Assembly: GCA_035221665.1 (NCBI GenBank)
Contig: CM069156.1
Location: 22,320,001-22,384,000, forward strand
Direction of reading: 5' to 3'
Source: Okamejei kenojei
Lineage: Eukaryota
Length of the DNA: 64,000 nt
Both the position numbers and the translations under genes were made by a program. Below the pieces are notes generated by a model. That model did not search any database, was not told the origin of the DNA, and saw only the letters and a program-made list of their open reading frames with translations. Shown one piece after another: positions 62,465 to 64,000 of this stretch (position 1 is its first letter; each line of letters starts with the position of its first letter).

Positions 62465-62917
62465 ATGGGCAACGTCGACAGCGTCGGGGCGGAGCAGCCC
62501 GACTGCGCCGAGGAGGAGGAGGACGAGGACGAGGAGGAAGAGGACGAGCTGGGCCCGGACACTGAGCGAGGAGGCCCCGCCAAGGCCGGCTTCCCGGCGC
62601 CGGGAGGGGGCCCGGAGGCAGCGGACGGAGGCCACGTCCCGGGCCCCAGCTCCGGCTCCGGCCCCGGCCCCAGCCTGAGCCTGAGCCTGAGCCTGCGGTG
62701 CGGGCCCAGCCCCGACGCCCTGTTCCAGCACCAGCGGCTGCGGGAGGCGGCGGCCAAGGTGCGGGACGAGGTGGCGGAGAACGTGGTGCAGCAGCATCAC
62801 AGCCACTTGATCCGCTGGCTGGAGGAGCGCCTGGCCCGCGGCGACGAGACCGTCCGACTGGCGCAGTTCTGCGACCTGCTCGCCACCCGCTTCGCCGTCA
62901 AGGAGGAATGCGAGGAG
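62465..62917 (+). CDS. ZZEF1: ZZEF1 first coding exon; the gene continues beyond the window
   Basis: Kozak GGCATGG; MGN start; HHSHLIRWLEERLARGDETVRLAQFCDLL...EECEE |gtgagg resembles the ZZEF1 N-terminus; head-to-head with CYB5D2 as in mammals. Confidence 0.88.
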
Positions 62918-63290
62918 GTGAGGGAGGCGGTGGGACGGTGCGGGAAGATATAGCTAGGGCTATATATGATGTATGATTAATAAAGTAGTGAAGACCTTAA
63001 GGTGTCTTTTGAAACTGGGAGAGGAGGGTGCGGGGAATCAGGAGTGGGAGAGTGGAGGGGATGGGGACCTTGGGGGTGGGGGGTTCTGAGGGTCGACGTT
63101 AGGGGACGAGGTGGAATGAAGGGGGTCTGAGAGGGTCAGGCGGGGTGAGTGGAGGAGACGTGAGGTCAGGCGGGTGGTGGCTCCCGATCCGGGCGAGGGC
63201 TGGGATGGTGTAGGGGGAGTCCGGGGAGTCAGGAGTGGTAGGTGAGGCGTGTTGAACCCGGGGGTGTGATTCCACTGACAGTGGCCTATG

Positions 63291-63472
63291 TGTTTAAGAA
63301 GGAACTGCAGATGCTGGAAAATCGAAGGTACACGAAAATGCTGGAGAAACTCAGCGGGTGCAGCAGCATCTACGGAGCGAAGGAAATAGGCAACGTTTCG
63401 GGCCAAGACGTTGCTTATTTCCTTCGCTCCATGGATGCTGCTGCACCCGCTGAGTTTCTCCAGCATTTTTGT
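63291..63472. mobile_element. Young fold-back Penelope-like pLTR insertion with TSD
   Basis: Inverted arms of about 70 bp (AAAATGCTGGAGAAACTCAGCGGGTGCAGCAGCATC / GATGCTGCTGCACCCGCTGAGTTTCTCCAGCATTTT); flanks GTGG(C/T)CTATGTGTT at 63281-63294 and 63471-63484. Confidence 0.85.
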
Positions 63473-64000
63473 GGTCTATGTGTTATCCTCCCGGTACTGA
63501 CCCGCCGCATGGGTGAATCGCGGAGCCGCTACCCGCGAGTGGTTTAAGGAACTCTCCCCGAGCAAATTCGGAAAACACTCTTGTTTCAACGCGCGGTTAT
63601 CGTTCGAAGAAAAGAGTAGTTAAATATATTGGACATTTGGAAGGTTATTTCAAAACTTAGAAGAGCAGATTTAATCATTTATACTTTCCTTGGTAGGATG
63701 TAATCGAATGCCATCAAAAATCTGTTTTAACCTAGTTTGACAGAACGATTAATAGTAAACTGCACGCCGAGTTTTGGGAATGTATTTACACTTGCTCTTC
63801 TGGAATAATTGAGCAGGTCTCCAGGGGACATCTCTTACCCACACTGTTCCAAGCTGCCAAACCTATTGCCCCGCTGAGTACAAGCCAGTCTCTGACAGCA
63901 GGTGTCAATAGCAACAATAGCCTTTGATAGGCTACTGAGACCTTGTTTACTAAGCTGCGGTTAAAGGATTGCAGTTGAAGGGATACAACTATTATTGCAT

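Larger units (their letters stand above)
62100..62950 (+). promoter_or_regulatory. CpG island over the ZZEF1 promoter and first exon, with GC box and ETS motifs
   Basis: Very high CpG density; GGGCGGGG at 62401; CCGGAAGTG three times. Confidence 0.8.

Noticed and set aside
61964-62806. 280-aa minus-strand ORF and other overlapping ORFs at the ZZEF1 start
   Set aside because: Antisense or off-frame shadows of a GC-rich CpG island and tandem repeats; low complexity with no recognisable domain.
63038-63547. Same peptide (MLEKLSGCSSI.GAKEI) encoded on both strands
   Set aside because: A consequence of the fold-back pLTR insertion, not a protein gene.

Overview
Vertebrate genomic DNA, most likely from a cartilaginous fish (skate or ray, inferred from HE1-type SINEs and HER1/CR1-type LINEs). 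It carries the syntenic block ANKFY1 (+) / CYB5D2 (-) / ZZEF1 (+), in the same order and orientation as human 17p13. I traced by hand the last 21 coding exons of ANKFY1 (rabankyrin-5; 3615-46392; 3043 bp, frame-consistent if two GC-AG introns are accepted), all 4 coding exons of CYB5D2 (neuferricin; 263 aa) and the first coding exon of ZZEF1. Introns and the intergenic spacer are dense with decayed mobile elements: CR1 and Rex1/Babar LINEs, V-SINEs, a full-length Tc1 element, an arthropod-like hAT element with 8-bp TSD, a hAT MITE and many Penelope-like elements (PLEs). The most notable observations are: (1) minimal hammerhead-ribozyme-like cores in the PLE terminal repeats, and short, often fold-back, TSD-flanked insertions whose breakpoints cluster at that motif; (2) a perfect 37-bp-stem hairpin and a palindromic bidirectional poly(A) signal between the convergent ANKFY1 and CYB5D2 3' ends; (3) a duplicated CYB5D2 exon-2 splice acceptor fused to a PLE (candidate poison exon); (4) tandemly amplified ETS/GABP motifs upstream of ZZEF1. 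All family assignments come from reading the sequence and from recalled family motifs; no searches or folding programs were run.
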